Source: a virus. From it: a stretch of DNA of 64,000 bases. Below, in pieces: positions 20,876 to 30,898 of the stretch. The DNA is taken from IMG/VR virus record IMGVR_UViG_3300021961_000038, positions 49,407 to 113,406 of that record. One strand, 5' to 3'. The notes below the pieces were generated by a model. The model saw only the letters and a program-made list of their open reading frames with translations. It was not told the origin of the DNA and did not search any database. Numbering within the stretch: the stretch's first letter is position 1; every line of letters starts with the position of its first letter. A program made the position numbers and the translations under genes.

Positions 20876-22683
20876 TGAGTTATACAGTTAATAAAACAGA
20901 CGGAACAGTTTTAACCATCGTTGGTGATGGTACTGTAGATAATACATCAACTGATATTTCATTAGTTGGAAGAAAATTCAGCGGATATGGTGAGATTCTA
21001 AATGAAAACTTTGTAAAACTTCTAGAAAGTTTTGCAAATAATACGTCACCAAATAATCCTGTTGCTGGACAAATATGGTATGACACGTTAGAAGGTCGTT
21101 TAAAAGTTTATACAGGAACACAATTTAAACCAACAGGTGGACCGTTGGTTAGTGAAGTACAGCCACAGGGATTAGTTAAAGGTGATCTTTGGGTTGATTC
21201 TTTAAACAATCAATTATATTTCTATGATGGCATTGACTTAACATTGGCAGGCCCTATATATTCTAATGCTCAAGACGTTAATGGATGGAAAGTAGAAACT
21301 ATTGTTGATAGTGGAAACAACGGTAGAGTTGTTTCTAAGTTATTTGTTAATGGTTTATTAGTTGCAATATTAAGTAGATACGAATTTACTCCTAAAGCAC
21401 CGATCACAGGTTTTGCATCTATTAAGGTTGGATTAAATTTTAGCACAAATGTTTCAGGATTAAAATTACACGGTGCGGCAACATCAGCAGATACTATTGC
21501 AGGTATTGACCCAGGTAACTTCTTAAGAGCAGATATTGCCTCAAGTGCAAATGCTCAATTAAGTATTCAAGATGACGGCGGATTAACAATTGGTGAAGAC
21601 TCTGATTTAACAATATCTATCAGTGGTGCAACCACTATTGTTAAGAATAACCTACAAAACAGAGATTTTAAAATACAGGTTAACAATGATGTAACTGGTA
21701 TATTAGATGCATTATCCATTGATACTTCTCTTTTAAGAATGGATCTATTCACAGGTCAACTTACAAGTACTATTGTTACTGGTGGTAACATGGTTGTTAA
21801 TGGTAATTTAACAGTTAATGGTGATACAACATATGTCGATACGCAAAATGTTAGATCAAGAGATAAAAATATTGAACTAGCATATGGTGATTCACCAACT
21901 GATGTGTTGGCAGATGGCGGCGGTATTACACTTAGAGGTAATACAGATCACATTATTTCTTGGAGCAATGCAAACGACAGTTGGCAAACAACTGAATCTT
22001 TTAGTGTAGCAACAGGAAGAGAGTTTAGAGTTAATGATGTGTTGGTATTAAGTGCAGATACACTTGGTACTGGAGTTGTAAATTCTAATTTAGAAAATGT
22101 TGGAACACTTACAGAATTACAAATTGATGACATCTATATCAATGATGGTGTTATTAGCACTAATGTTAGTAACGTAGATATTACATTAGACCCTAACGGT
22201 ACTGGTGCGGTAAGATTTAGCAATAGTCAAATCAAAGATGTTGCTACTCCAACCGATGCCAACGATGGTGCAAATAAATCATATGTTGATGCAACAGTAA
22301 ACGCAAAAAGTTTAGCATTAACAATGAATGTCACAGGTATGACTGATCCAGAAGGAACTGATATTCCTTTATGGTTAGGAACTATTGCACCTGTAGGCAA
22401 CTACGAATCAGGCACCGAAGCCAGAGTACTGTGTGAAACATTATCATTAGGTGGCGGTGCAACAGCAATTGATGTTGTAAGATCAGGAACAGGTGTAACT
22501 AACCAAGTTGTTGTTACCGATGTTGCTGTTGATAAAGGCGGAGTGTTAAATAGTGCTAGTGCGGTACAAGATTTTAGTTTCCCACTTGGTATTACACTTT
22601 CAGGTAGTGCTATCGGAGTTACAAGGGTAGTAAAACTGTTTAGAATTGTAAACAACAACTGGACATTTATACAGGATTTATAG
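20875..22683 (+). CDS. tail fibre protein 2 (paralog)
   Basis: Same N-terminal module (DGTVD..TDISLVGRKFSGYGEILNENFVKLLESFA); G/T/N-rich body; TAATG coupling to the upstream gene. Confidence 0.75.
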   Translation: MSYTVNKTDGTVLTIVGDGTVDNTSTDISLVGRKFSGYGEILNENFVKLLESFANNTSPNNPVAGQIWYDTLEGRLKVYTGTQFKPTGGPLVSEVQPQGLVKGDLWVDSLNNQLYFYDGIDLTLAGPIYSNAQDVNGWKVETIVDSGNNGRVVSKLFVNGLLVAILSRYEFTPKAPITGFASIKVGLNFSTNVSGLKLHGAATSADTIAGIDPGNFLRADIASSANAQLSIQDDGGLTIGEDSDLTISISGATTIVKNNLQNRDFKIQVNNDVTGILDALSIDTSLLRMDLFTGQLTSTIVTGGNMVVNGNLTVNGDTTYVDTQNVRSRDKNIELAYGDSPTDVLADGGGITLRGNTDHIISWSNANDSWQTTESFSVATGREFRVNDVLVLSADTLGTGVVNSNLENVGTLTELQIDDIYINDGVISTNVSNVDITLDPNGTGAVRFSNSQIKDVATPTDANDGANKSYVDATVNAKSLALTMNVTGMTDPEGTDIPLWLGTIAPVGNYESGTEARVLCETLSLGGGATAIDVVRSGTGVTNQVVVTDVAVDKGGVLNSASAVQDFSFPLGITLSGSAIGVTRVVKLFRIVNNNWTFIQDL

Positions 22684-22692
22684 GAATAAGAT

Positions 22693-25068
22693 ATGCCATA
22701 CCAAATAGATAAAACAGACGGAACAAGGTTAATAACACTAGCAGATGGTGTTGTTGATATATCTACGGATTTACAATTAGTAGGTAGAAATGTTGCTGGA
22801 TATGGTGAGATTCAAAACGAAAATTTCGTAAAACTTCTAGAAAATTTTGCTAGAGCAGATACACCACCAAGCAAAGCATTGGTAGGTCAAGTATGGTTTG
22901 ATAAAAATGTTAATAAATTAAGACCTGCGGTATTCGACGGTGTTGAATGGCGTCAACTTTCTTTATTAGAAGTAAGCAACATTGAACCACAAACAAGAAA
23001 AGAAGGCGATCTATGGTGGGATTCTGTTAACAATCAACTATATGCTTGGACGGCAGACGGTGATGAACACGTTTTAATTGGTCCAGAAAGTATTAAACCT
23101 TTCGGAAAAACAAGATGGGTAACAACTGCACTAACAGATACATCAGCAGTTGATCATCCTGTGACAATTGGTTACATTGATAACGCTCCGTATGTTGTTT
23201 TAGCAGATACAAACTTTACTATTGATCAAAATGTAACACCGTTGGTAGGATTTACAGATGTTAAACGTGGTATGACCCTAGACGGAACTACCGCAACAGG
23301 ATTAACAACCACTACAAGATTTCATGGAACTGCAAGTAACTCAGAAAGACTGGGAGATCGACCTGCAAACGGTTATGCTTATATTAGTGACAACGAAGAT
23401 ATTACAGGCGACTGGAGATTTGTAACAGATGCTGGTATTGTTATTGGAGATTCACAAGAAGTATCATTAAAAGTTCAAAATACTAATCAACCAATATTGG
23501 TTAACGAGTCAGGAACAACATTAAGACTTGGTGTTGACTATGTAGGTAACACCGGAGACAAAACAGTTGTACTAGTTGACGGTAAAAGTTTTAAACCTTA
23601 TACAGATAATGAAGTTAACTTAGGTGCTCCAACAACTAAATGGAGAAACATCTATGCGGATGCCATTTATGCTAACGTGGTTGGTGATGCAATAGGTTCA
23701 TTTACAGGTAATGTAGCAGGTAATGTAGCAGGTAATGTAACAGGAAGTGTAACAGGTGCAGTAACAGGTACATTAAAATCAACTTCTGGATCGGTAATTG
23801 TTGATAATGATGCGACAACTTCAACACCAGAGTTAGATAGCACAGCAGGAACGGTTGCTGGACGCTTTAATGGCACAGCAAAATATGTTGATTTTGGTGT
23901 TTATAGAAATAACACACAAACGATCACTGGTGACAAAACATTTACAGGCGGCTTAACAGTAAACACAAGTCCGTTGGTGGTTAATAGTACAGCACTATTA
24001 AATGGAACATCTCAACATCTTAATTCTCAGATTAAAAAAGTTAAAATTGGTAACACATCAGGTATTAATCCTAGTTCACCTATTACACTATCATCACGTG
24101 ATGTTGTAATTGATACAGCAAACATTGAAGGCAGTGAAATTACAACAACACTATTCAAGGGCGGTGAACTAAGAGAAGGAACAAAAATTAATGGTGCGTC
24201 AATAGGTGATAGTATTCCTGTTACTAAAGTTGTTTCAAACATCTATTATGACACAACAGGAAAGTCGTTTACTAAAATTTCATATGATGATACTTTTGCA
24301 AATGCAGACAATACAACTGTAATGACAGCACTTGCAATTAAAAATTACATTGATGCTAAGGTTGATGATGTTGTAAGTGATATTCAGTTCCATATTGATA
24401 ATAAAGATATGAGTGTTGAAGATGTTAAAACACAATTAACAAGAATTGCACCTCCTTTAGAATATCCAGAAGGAACTAAAGCAAGAATTTTAGGATCTCA
24501 TTATTATAATAACATTGGTGTTGACTATTACGGTAACAAACGATATGTTACGTTTTATGGTCAAGGACGCTTATACTATGGAATTGGTTACATTGGCGGT
24601 AGAGCAACATCTTCGAATGTAAATTCAACTGAAGTTTTAACAGCCAAGAGTGGATTTACAGGTTATCTATTCCAGCGTGAAGCAGGTGGTACACCTATCG
24701 TTAAGAATGAAGCAAAAAATAACAGTTCAGATGCTAATAATATTGTAGCACAAATTACAAACAGAACGTTTGTAGGTTGGATTGAATTCGATAATCCAAT
24801 TCCACAAGCGATTGCAAATGCATTTGGTGATCCTGCTATTGTAAATGCAAGGGTTATTGCTGTAGAAAATGGTATTGTTAGAGATTATTCAAGTACTGCT
24901 AATACCACAATTTTATATGATAACGTAAACAATTATCAAAGAGCGTTAGTTGAAGACTACGAAACTACTGCATCTATAGGAGGAGTTAGTGTACACTTCG
25001 AGGTTTATGATTATAGTTTAACAACTGTAACAAGTAATGCTTCGTGGGTGTTCAAAACTTATATCTAA
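22693..25068 (+). CDS. tail fibre protein 3 (paralog)
   Basis: Same N-terminal module; GNVAGNVAGNVTGSVTG repeats; distinct C-terminus. Confidence 0.75.
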   Translation: MPYQIDKTDGTRLITLADGVVDISTDLQLVGRNVAGYGEIQNENFVKLLENFARADTPPSKALVGQVWFDKNVNKLRPAVFDGVEWRQLSLLEVSNIEPQTRKEGDLWWDSVNNQLYAWTADGDEHVLIGPESIKPFGKTRWVTTALTDTSAVDHPVTIGYIDNAPYVVLADTNFTIDQNVTPLVGFTDVKRGMTLDGTTATGLTTTTRFHGTASNSERLGDRPANGYAYISDNEDITGDWRFVTDAGIVIGDSQEVSLKVQNTNQPILVNESGTTLRLGVDYVGNTGDKTVVLVDGKSFKPYTDNEVNLGAPTTKWRNIYADAIYANVVGDAIGSFTGNVAGNVAGNVTGSVTGAVTGTLKSTSGSVIVDNDATTSTPELDSTAGTVAGRFNGTAKYVDFGVYRNNTQTITGDKTFTGGLTVNTSPLVVNSTALLNGTSQHLNSQIKKVKIGNTSGINPSSPITLSSRDVVIDTANIEGSEITTTLFKGGELREGTKINGASIGDSIPVTKVVSNIYYDTTGKSFTKISYDDTFANADNTTVMTALAIKNYIDAKVDDVVSDIQFHIDNKDMSVEDVKTQLTRIAPPLEYPEGTKARILGSHYYNNIGVDYYGNKRYVTFYGQGRLYYGIGYIGGRATSSNVNSTEVLTAKSGFTGYLFQREAGGTPIVKNEAKNNSSDANNIVAQITNRTFVGWIEFDNPIPQAIANAFGDPAIVNARVIAVENGIVRDYSSTANTTILYDNVNNYQRALVEDYETTASIGGVSVHFEVYDYSLTTVTSNASWVFKTYI
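23705..23770 (+). repeat. 12-bp coding tandem repeat (G-N-V-A/T tetrapeptide)
   Basis: caggtaatgtag caggtaatgtag caggtaatgtaa caggaagtgtaa caggtgcagtaa. Confidence 0.8.
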
Positions 25069-25556
25069 TGTATAAGATAGTTGAAAATTATATAACAAAT
25101 GTTGATGAAATTATGTTGAAAGTAAAAGAACACGAACAAAACAATAAATTTACTTTCCGTGGTATCGGCGGTGACGAAAAGCATGGAACAAAATATGGTG
25201 AAAGTCATTTTAGTTCATTGTTCCAACGAGATATGGATACAGATTTAATTGAAACTATATGGAAAACTATTCCAAATGAACGTAAATGGTGCAGTCAAGT
25301 TGTGGTAAACAAATATGCACCTGGAGATTGGTTAGTCAAGCATCAAGATAGTGCCGGTGGCTATTGGAAATTTAAATTGGTTTATCTAACAGAAGGAAAA
25401 CCCCATTTCAAATATTGGGATGGTGAAGACCGTGAACATTTAGTCCAAGAGAAAAAAGGTGCAATGTTTGATATGCCAATTGATACTTGGCACGAAGTAA
25501 CAAAAATGGAAAAAGATGAAGATCCGAAATACAGTCTTTGTCTAATATGGGAATAA
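25068..25556 (+). CDS. 2OG-Fe(II) oxygenase-like protein
   Basis: VVVNKYAPGDWLVKHQDS (HxD) ... WHEV ... KYSL; likely start is the ATG at 25068 in a TAATG overlap. Confidence 0.7.
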   Translation: MYKIVENYITNVDEIMLKVKEHEQNNKFTFRGIGGDEKHGTKYGESHFSSLFQRDMDTDLIETIWKTIPNERKWCSQVVVNKYAPGDWLVKHQDSAGGYWKFKLVYLTEGKPHFKYWDGEDREHLVQEKKGAMFDMPIDTWHEVTKMEKDEDPKYSLCLIWE

Positions 25557-25560
25557 AATT

Positions 25561-26043
25561 ATGGCAATAAAAAGTATGGTATTAATGTTTAATAAAAGTA
25601 ACGGTGAGTTAATCGGCGATTTACCACCTGAACAAAAAATACGAGGACTCAACGGTAATGAAGTAATGACCAAGGTAGTTGAATACGATCCAAGTACTCA
25701 TGTTTACATTGGCACATACCATGAAGGTAAAGTAGTTGCTATTGATGATATTAGAGCAGACGATGTTCCTGTTATTGACGAAGAAATTTTAAACTTAAAT
25801 GTTAAAGGTAACATCGAAGGTGAATATCCTTTACACAAACAGTTAAACATTATGATGGAAATGCTAAACAATTCGTCTATTTCTAACACAGAAGAGTTTC
25901 AGAAAATGTATGATTACATTAAAGACGAAAGAGAACGTAATAAAGCACGTAAGGATGTTTATAAATCAACTGAATCTTCTTACATATTCATAAGCAAGGA
26001 AAATATTAAACTTGCTAAAGATAAAAAACTAGGGAAAGCATAG
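25561..26043 (+). CDS. hypothetical protein, possibly a fibre assembly factor
   Basis: 160-aa ORF between fibre genes; YPLHKQLN resembles small fibre-associated proteins. Confidence 0.45.
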   Translation: MAIKSMVLMFNKSNGELIGDLPPEQKIRGLNGNEVMTKVVEYDPSTHVYIGTYHEGKVVAIDDIRADDVPVIDEEILNLNVKGNIEGEYPLHKQLNIMMEMLNNSSISNTEEFQKMYDYIKDERERNKARKDVYKSTESSYIFISKENIKLAKDKKLGKA

Positions 26044-26047
26044 AGGG

Positions 26048-26053
26048 TAAATA
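26048..26053 (+). promoter_or_regulatory. putative late promoter TAAATA, 5 nt before the ATG
   Basis: taaata-cagtt-ATG. Confidence 0.55.
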
Positions 26054-26058
26054 CAGTT

Positions 26059-27804
26059 ATGCCATACATTGTAAACACATATAACGGTCAGCAAATTACA
26101 ATAGTAAACGATGGAACTATTGATCAAACAACCGATCTTAAACTCATCGGAAAAAACTATGCAGGGTTTGGAGAAATCTTAAATGAAAACCTTGTTTATC
26201 TTTTAGAAAATTTTGCTGGTGCAACTGAGCCGCCTAATGCAGTAGCAGGTCAGGTTTGGTTTGACTCTGCAAATAAAGTTTTAAAGTTTTACGATGGTAA
26301 TAAATTTAGAATAGCAGGTGGTGCCGAAATAGGTGCTAATGCTCCTACTGGATTAGCAAAAGGCGATATGTGGTGGGAAGAAGATGGTGAACAACTTTAT
26401 GTTTACAATGGACAAGATTTTATTCTAGTTGGACCTGTTGCAACAGGTGGTGAAGGTGTTTCTCAATTATCAGCAATTACTATTAAAGACACACTAGCCA
26501 ATGATAGAACAGTTCTTAAAGTAACAATACAAGACGATGTTGTTGCTTTAATTTCTAAAAACGAATTTACGATTGATGATAGTAAAAATCCTATTCCAGG
26601 ATTTAGTAATGTTAACAAAGGATTTAATTTAGCCAGTGAAGCGGTATATCCTGCAATTAAGTATTGGGGAACAGCAAGAAACTCTGATCAATTAGGTGGT
26701 ATTGATGCTTCTCAATATATTTTAGATAGCGGAAACCAAATCTTTAGTGATTTAGTTAATTTTAATAATGACACAGGTATATTAATTGGTGCAGGTAGTG
26801 ACTTGCATTTATATATTACCAACGGTGACGAAGTCAATATTACAAACGAAATTGGTAACGTTATTAAATTTGGAGTTAACTCGGGTGTTGGTGCACAAGA
26901 AGTTGCACGTTTTGAAAATGCAACTCTTATTCCTGCATCAGATAACACAGGTTCGTTAGGAACACTTACAGTTAAATGGCGTAATATTTTTGCTTATGAC
27001 ATTGCCCTAGACGACAACGGTGCATTGGATGGAAACACAATAGGATTACATACTGGTGATGTTACAGGTAATGTTACAGGTAATTTAACAGGAGATGTTA
27101 CATCGGGTGGTAATAGCACATTTAATAATGTAACAGTTAATGGAACTATCACAGGTTCACTTGTTGGTACATCAACAACTGCTGAATTAGTAGAAGTTGA
27201 TGGTGGTGCGGGAAGAGCCGCGGTAACTACTGCAACAGCAAATACAATAGCGGCAAGAGATAGCAACGGTGATATTACTGCTAACTTGTTTAACGGTACA
27301 TCAACAGATTCACAACAACTAGATGGCTCACCAGCAGATATTACACAAACAGCAGATACTATTGCTAAACGTGATACAAACGGAGACTTGGTTGCACGTA
27401 AATTCCAAGGTACTGCAACAGCGGCTCAGTTTGCTGACTTGGCAGAAATGTATGCCAGCGATAAAGATTATGAACCAGGTACGGTTTTAATATTCGGCGG
27501 AGAAGCAGAAGTTACAACAACAGATGTTTTCTGCGATCATAGAGTAGCAGGTATTGTATCAACTGATCCAGCACACTTAATGAATAGCACTCAAGAAGGT
27601 GTTGCGGTAGCACTAAGAGGTAGAGTTCCTTGCAAGGTAGAAGGTCCTGTCCAAAAAGGCGATCTAATTGTTACAAGTCCTAAACCGGGCGTAGCAACAG
27701 CAATAGCCAAAGATAGTGCTATGCCAAATTCAATTTGTGTAATTGGAAAAGCAATCCAAAATAATTCAGATACAGGCGTAAAACTAGTAGAAGTAGTAGT
27801 ATAA
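26059..27804 (+). CDS. tail fibre protein 4 with C-terminal autoproteolytic chaperone-like domain
   Basis: Shared N-terminus; C-terminal ADLAEMY..D..YEPGTVL...VALRGRVPCKVEGPVQKGD. Confidence 0.75.
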   Translation: MPYIVNTYNGQQITIVNDGTIDQTTDLKLIGKNYAGFGEILNENLVYLLENFAGATEPPNAVAGQVWFDSANKVLKFYDGNKFRIAGGAEIGANAPTGLAKGDMWWEEDGEQLYVYNGQDFILVGPVATGGEGVSQLSAITIKDTLANDRTVLKVTIQDDVVALISKNEFTIDDSKNPIPGFSNVNKGFNLASEAVYPAIKYWGTARNSDQLGGIDASQYILDSGNQIFSDLVNFNNDTGILIGAGSDLHLYITNGDEVNITNEIGNVIKFGVNSGVGAQEVARFENATLIPASDNTGSLGTLTVKWRNIFAYDIALDDNGALDGNTIGLHTGDVTGNVTGNLTGDVTSGGNSTFNNVTVNGTITGSLVGTSTTAELVEVDGGAGRAAVTTATANTIAARDSNGDITANLFNGTSTDSQQLDGSPADITQTADTIAKRDTNGDLVARKFQGTATAAQFADLAEMYASDKDYEPGTVLIFGGEAEVTTTDVFCDHRVAGIVSTDPAHLMNSTQEGVAVALRGRVPCKVEGPVQKGDLIVTSPKPGVATAIAKDSAMPNSICVIGKAIQNNSDTGVKLVEVVV

Positions 27805-27880
27805 ACTACGCATATAAAGGCGTCTTAAACGTGTTTTAAGCGTCATACAGCGGTGTTAATGCTCTAGGACAGTACTTTGC

Positions 27881-28315
27881 CTACCCTACGTGCATAACGC
27901 CTACTTTAGACGCTTGTAAGAAGTCTATTCCGTCTGTGTTACGATAATGCTCACCAAAATAAACTGTTTTAATTCCACTTTGGTAAATCAATTTGGCACA
28001 TTCTAAACAGGGAGAATGGGTAACAAAAAGTGTTGCTTCATTACCGCTCTCGGTTGAACGAGCCAATTTGGCAATAGCATTTGATTCAGCGTGGAGTACT
28101 TCTGGTTTTGTTACTAGGGTAGGATTACCCACATCATCGACGTGAGTACACGTTTCGCATTCGTTCTCCCAACCAGCAGGTGTGCCATTATAACCGTAGG
28201 CAATAATTCTATCATCCTTAACGATCACAGCACCAACATTTAATCTTTTGGCATACGATAATTGTGCAAATCGTTTTGCAACATCCATGTATGCATCAAT
28301 AAACCTTTGTTTCAT
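27881..28315 (-). CDS. dCMP deaminase
   Basis: GYNG, HAESNAI and SPCLEC zinc-deaminase motifs. Confidence 0.92.
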   Translation of the reverse strand: MKQRFIDAYMDVAKRFAQLSYAKRLNVGAVIVKDDRIIAYGYNGTPAGWENECETCTHVDDVGNPTLVTKPEVLHAESNAIAKLARSTESGNEATLFVTHSPCLECAKLIYQSGIKTVYFGEHYRNTDGIDFLQASKVGVMHVG

Positions 28316-28636
28316 TTAATGATTTCTCTTTCCGTCAAAGACGCATATAAAATATAAACCCTGTGGACCGGTAGTTACCCTATGATGAACTCCGTCCTTG
28401 ATTAATACAGTATCGCCTTCTTGCACATATTGGGGAACATCATCTAAAAAGATTGTTCCTGCTCCCTTGATAAAAATGTAAACTTCTTCTTGTCCTTCGT
28501 GTTTGTGTCCGGAAGTGCTTTTATAAGGATGTAATTCGGTGCTACTAACAATTAAATTTTTTAGTTCGGTATTATCTTTAACTATATAACGGTCGTCTTC
28601 CTTAACGATGTTTCCGCCAATATCCCACTTCTTCAT
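28316..28636 (-). CDS. cupin-domain protein
   Basis: GHKHEGQEEVYIF..G.G...GD.VLI.DGVHHRV cupin motifs. Confidence 0.85.
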   Translation of the reverse strand: MKKWDIGGNIVKEDDRYIVKDNTELKNLIVSSTELHPYKSTSGHKHEGQEEVYIFIKGAGTIFLDDVPQYVQEGDTVLIKDGVHHRVTTGPQGLYFICVFDGKRNH

Positions 28637-28646
28637 TTTGCCTCTC

Positions 28647-29321
28647 TTACAAAGTGTTAACCATAGGAAAGATTTTAGAAATTACTTCAGCACAAGCATG
28701 AGCAATTTCCATATGTTCTTTCTGCGTACCATTTGCACCACGAAGTTGAATATAATGTACCCAACTACGTAAAGTTCCGTTCATATATAAACGTGTTTTA
28801 GTTAAGCCTTCAGGTAATACAGCACGAGCCTGTTCCTTGGCAATACCATTATCAATTGCCCATTCATATGCTTCCTTGGCTTTTGCAATTACTTCACGCT
28901 GATAGTCATGCCATTTAATATCAATGTCACCGTGTTCCAGTGCATTAATTTCGATAGAATTTTGTCTGTTCTTTGTATCCTGTAGGCGTGTTTCGCGATA
29001 TGTAAACTGTTCTCCAAACTCCTTTGGATCAGCATAGCGTTGGCTAAACTCCTGGAAACTGAAACTACGATGACGCACAATCTGATGTGCAATGTCACGT
29101 GTGGTATTAATTTCCAAACAAGCACTAACCATTTCAAGTGGTGACCAATGACCCCATTTGATTAGATACCCAATTAATTTTTCTGCTGTTTCTTTATTAT
29201 ATTGGTTTGCTGGATTTGATACCCTAGCACAAAAGGCAATAAGATCTTGTGCATTTTCTAATCCTTCACTAATAAACTCTCCTGTTGGTTGCGAATAGGA
29301 TACAAGTTTAACTTGGGTCAT
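28647..29321 (-). CDS. thyX: FAD-dependent thymidylate synthase
   Basis: HWSPLE, QIVRHRSFSFQEFSQRY (RHRx7S), EQARAVLP. Confidence 0.95.
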   Translation of the reverse strand: MTQVKLVSYSQPTGEFISEGLENAQDLIAFCARVSNPANQYNKETAEKLIGYLIKWGHWSPLEMVSACLEINTTRDIAHQIVRHRSFSFQEFSQRYADPKEFGEQFTYRETRLQDTKNRQNSIEINALEHGDIDIKWHDYQREVIAKAKEAYEWAIDNGIAKEQARAVLPEGLTKTRLYMNGTLRSWVHYIQLRGANGTQKEHMEIAHACAEVISKIFPMVNTL

Positions 29322-29667
29322 TTTTATTTTTTCCTTCTCTTTTAATTTTAAAGTTTACTTTTTTTGTAAATTTTTCTCTAGCCTTTGTAACATCGGCCTG
29401 CAATGAAGTTACATCTACTGTAAAATCAATACTCTTAATTGAACCTTTGTATTTGCTTATAATCTCATTAACTTTTTTAGTTGCCAAAGTAACAGACATA
29501 TGACGTAAAATGTTTTTCACATCAATAATTTGTACTCTGTTATTTTGTAAATTTAGTTTAAGATTAACGAGGAATTGAATTGGGAGACTGTCTATGTTTA
29601 TAGACTCTAGAACGTTCTCCCAATCCTTATTGCTGATTTCTATATGATTGTCCTTTTTCATGGGCAA
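29308..29667 (-). CDS. hypothetical protein
   Basis: 119-aa ORF that tiles with its neighbours. Confidence 0.55.
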   Translation of the reverse strand: MPMKKDNHIEISNKDWENVLESINIDSLPIQFLVNLKLNLQNNRVQIIDVKNILRHMSVTLATKKVNEIISKYKGSIKSIDFTVDVTSLQADVTKAREKFTKKVNFKIKREGKNKNDPS

Positions 29668-29675
29668 TCATAGTA

Positions 29676-30239
29676 TTATGCAGTGGTCTTAGAAGTTGTT
29701 TTTTTATCAACTTTAGTAACAGGATCAATTTCGTCTGCTCTACGTCGTAAGTCAACCACTTCTTTGTACATTGCATCTGCTCTTGCTCTATAGTTCTTAG
29801 CAATAGTTTTCTGGTTACCTTGTTCGATTTTTTTACTATCTGAACCAGATGAAACTGCTAAGTCCTCTACTGACACACCCTTTTGTTCTGCAATTTTTAG
29901 ATTTAACTCATCGAGTTTAATCCAAGTGCTTCTATCAGAAGTTGGTGTCATAGTCACTGAAGCCGTAGGAACTTTTTTAAGGTGTCCTGTTTGATGTAAA
30001 ACTGGTAACATTGTTGTACCGTCAGAAAACTTTCTAACGCCTAGAACAGTAGCCAATTCAACTGCTTCTTGACCTGCAGGAGAATCCACAACATTAAAAA
30101 GTTCGTCATGATACGAACCACTTAACTTTGCTGATTCAACGATCAATGCAGATTGTGAGTCGCCTGGAATAGTACGAAACGGAACAATTACTTTTGCTCC
30201 ATTATCTAAAATTCCAACGTGCTTAACTGCTTTTGCCAT
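29676..30239 (-). CDS. hypothetical protein
   Basis: 187-aa ORF with an AGGAG Shine-Dalgarno. Confidence 0.7.
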   Translation of the reverse strand: MAKAVKHVGILDNGAKVIVPFRTIPGDSQSALIVESAKLSGSYHDELFNVVDSPAGQEAVELATVLGVRKFSDGTTMLPVLHQTGHLKKVPTASVTMTPTSDRSTWIKLDELNLKIAEQKGVSVEDLAVSSGSDSKKIEQGNQKTIAKNYRARADAMYKEVVDLRRRADEIDPVTKVDKKTTSKTTA

Positions 30240-30251
30240 AATTTTTTCTCC

Positions 30252-30563
30252 TTAGTTGGATGGAACACCAGTAACTGCTTCTGCTGTCGCATCACCTTTT
30301 GCTGGAGCAGGTGTTTGTGTACCTTCAGGTTGTGCAGGTTTTACTGCGTCTAAAAATTGCATTAGTCTGTTGTATGTGTTACCTACTACTGCCATTTCTG
30401 CCGCCTTAAAAGCACCGCGTGATTGAGCAACATCAATGATTGTTTTCAAGGCCTGTAAATCACTTACTGTGAGATCAGGTGCCGCCGGGGTTGCCGGATT
30501 AGCAGGATGATTTTTATCAACCGCTTGTTGCTCGGCTTTGTTTGTTTTTGCTTCTTCAGTCAT
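30252..30563 (-). CDS. hypothetical protein (helical core, Pro/Ala-rich ends)
   Basis: 103-aa ORF with an AAGGAG Shine-Dalgarno. Confidence 0.7.
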   Translation of the reverse strand: MTEEAKTNKAEQQAVDKNHPANPATPAAPDLTVSDLQALKTIIDVAQSRGAFKAAEMAVVGNTYNRLMQFLDAVKPAQPEGTQTPAPAKGDATAEAVTGVPSN

Positions 30564-30589
30564 ATCGATATAACTCCTTGTATTATTAA

Positions 30590-30898
30590 TTATACTAGTT
30601 TAATGTTGGTGCCATGCAAAACTGGACACCCTAAACTAAACATAGTGGATTCAGATGCTTCTTCGAAGCCAATCTGAAATACAGTTTCCAATTTGTTGTC
30701 GACTAGTTTCAAATCTTCCACTATACAATATCTTCCACTTAGATTATTATATATCCATGTACGACATTGGTCAATATTTTTCTGAATCAACCAACTATCA
30801 GATTGGACAATAAGTTTGGTAAAATGCTCCGGACAAAATTTTAATTCTCTCATGTCTAAAACATTTAATGGATTTGGATTATCAATTAACAGTCTCAT
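30590..30898 (-). CDS. hypothetical protein
   Basis: 102-aa ORF, TAATG-coupled to the VWA gene. Confidence 0.65.
   Translation of the reverse strand: MRLLIDNPNPLNVLDMRELKFCPEHFTKLIVQSDSWLIQKNIDQCRTWIYNNLSGRYCIVEDLKLVDNKLETVFQIGFEEASESTMFSLGCPVLHGTNIKLV

Noticed and set aside
23705-23770. Short tandem repeats (also about 27055-27100) as a CRISPR array or contingency locus
   Set aside because: They are in-frame 12-bp units encoding GNVT-type fibre repeats, with no spacers and no cas genes.
18857-27804. Diversity-generating retroelement or invertase shufflon acting on the fibre genes
   Set aside because: No reverse transcriptase, recombinase, TR/VR pair or inverted crossover sites were seen in the window.
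27805-27880. Terminator or tRNA in the convergent gap between the structural and metabolic arms
   Set aside because: Only a weak AT-rich stem (cttaaa/tttaag); no cloverleaf and no GC-rich hairpin with a U-tract.
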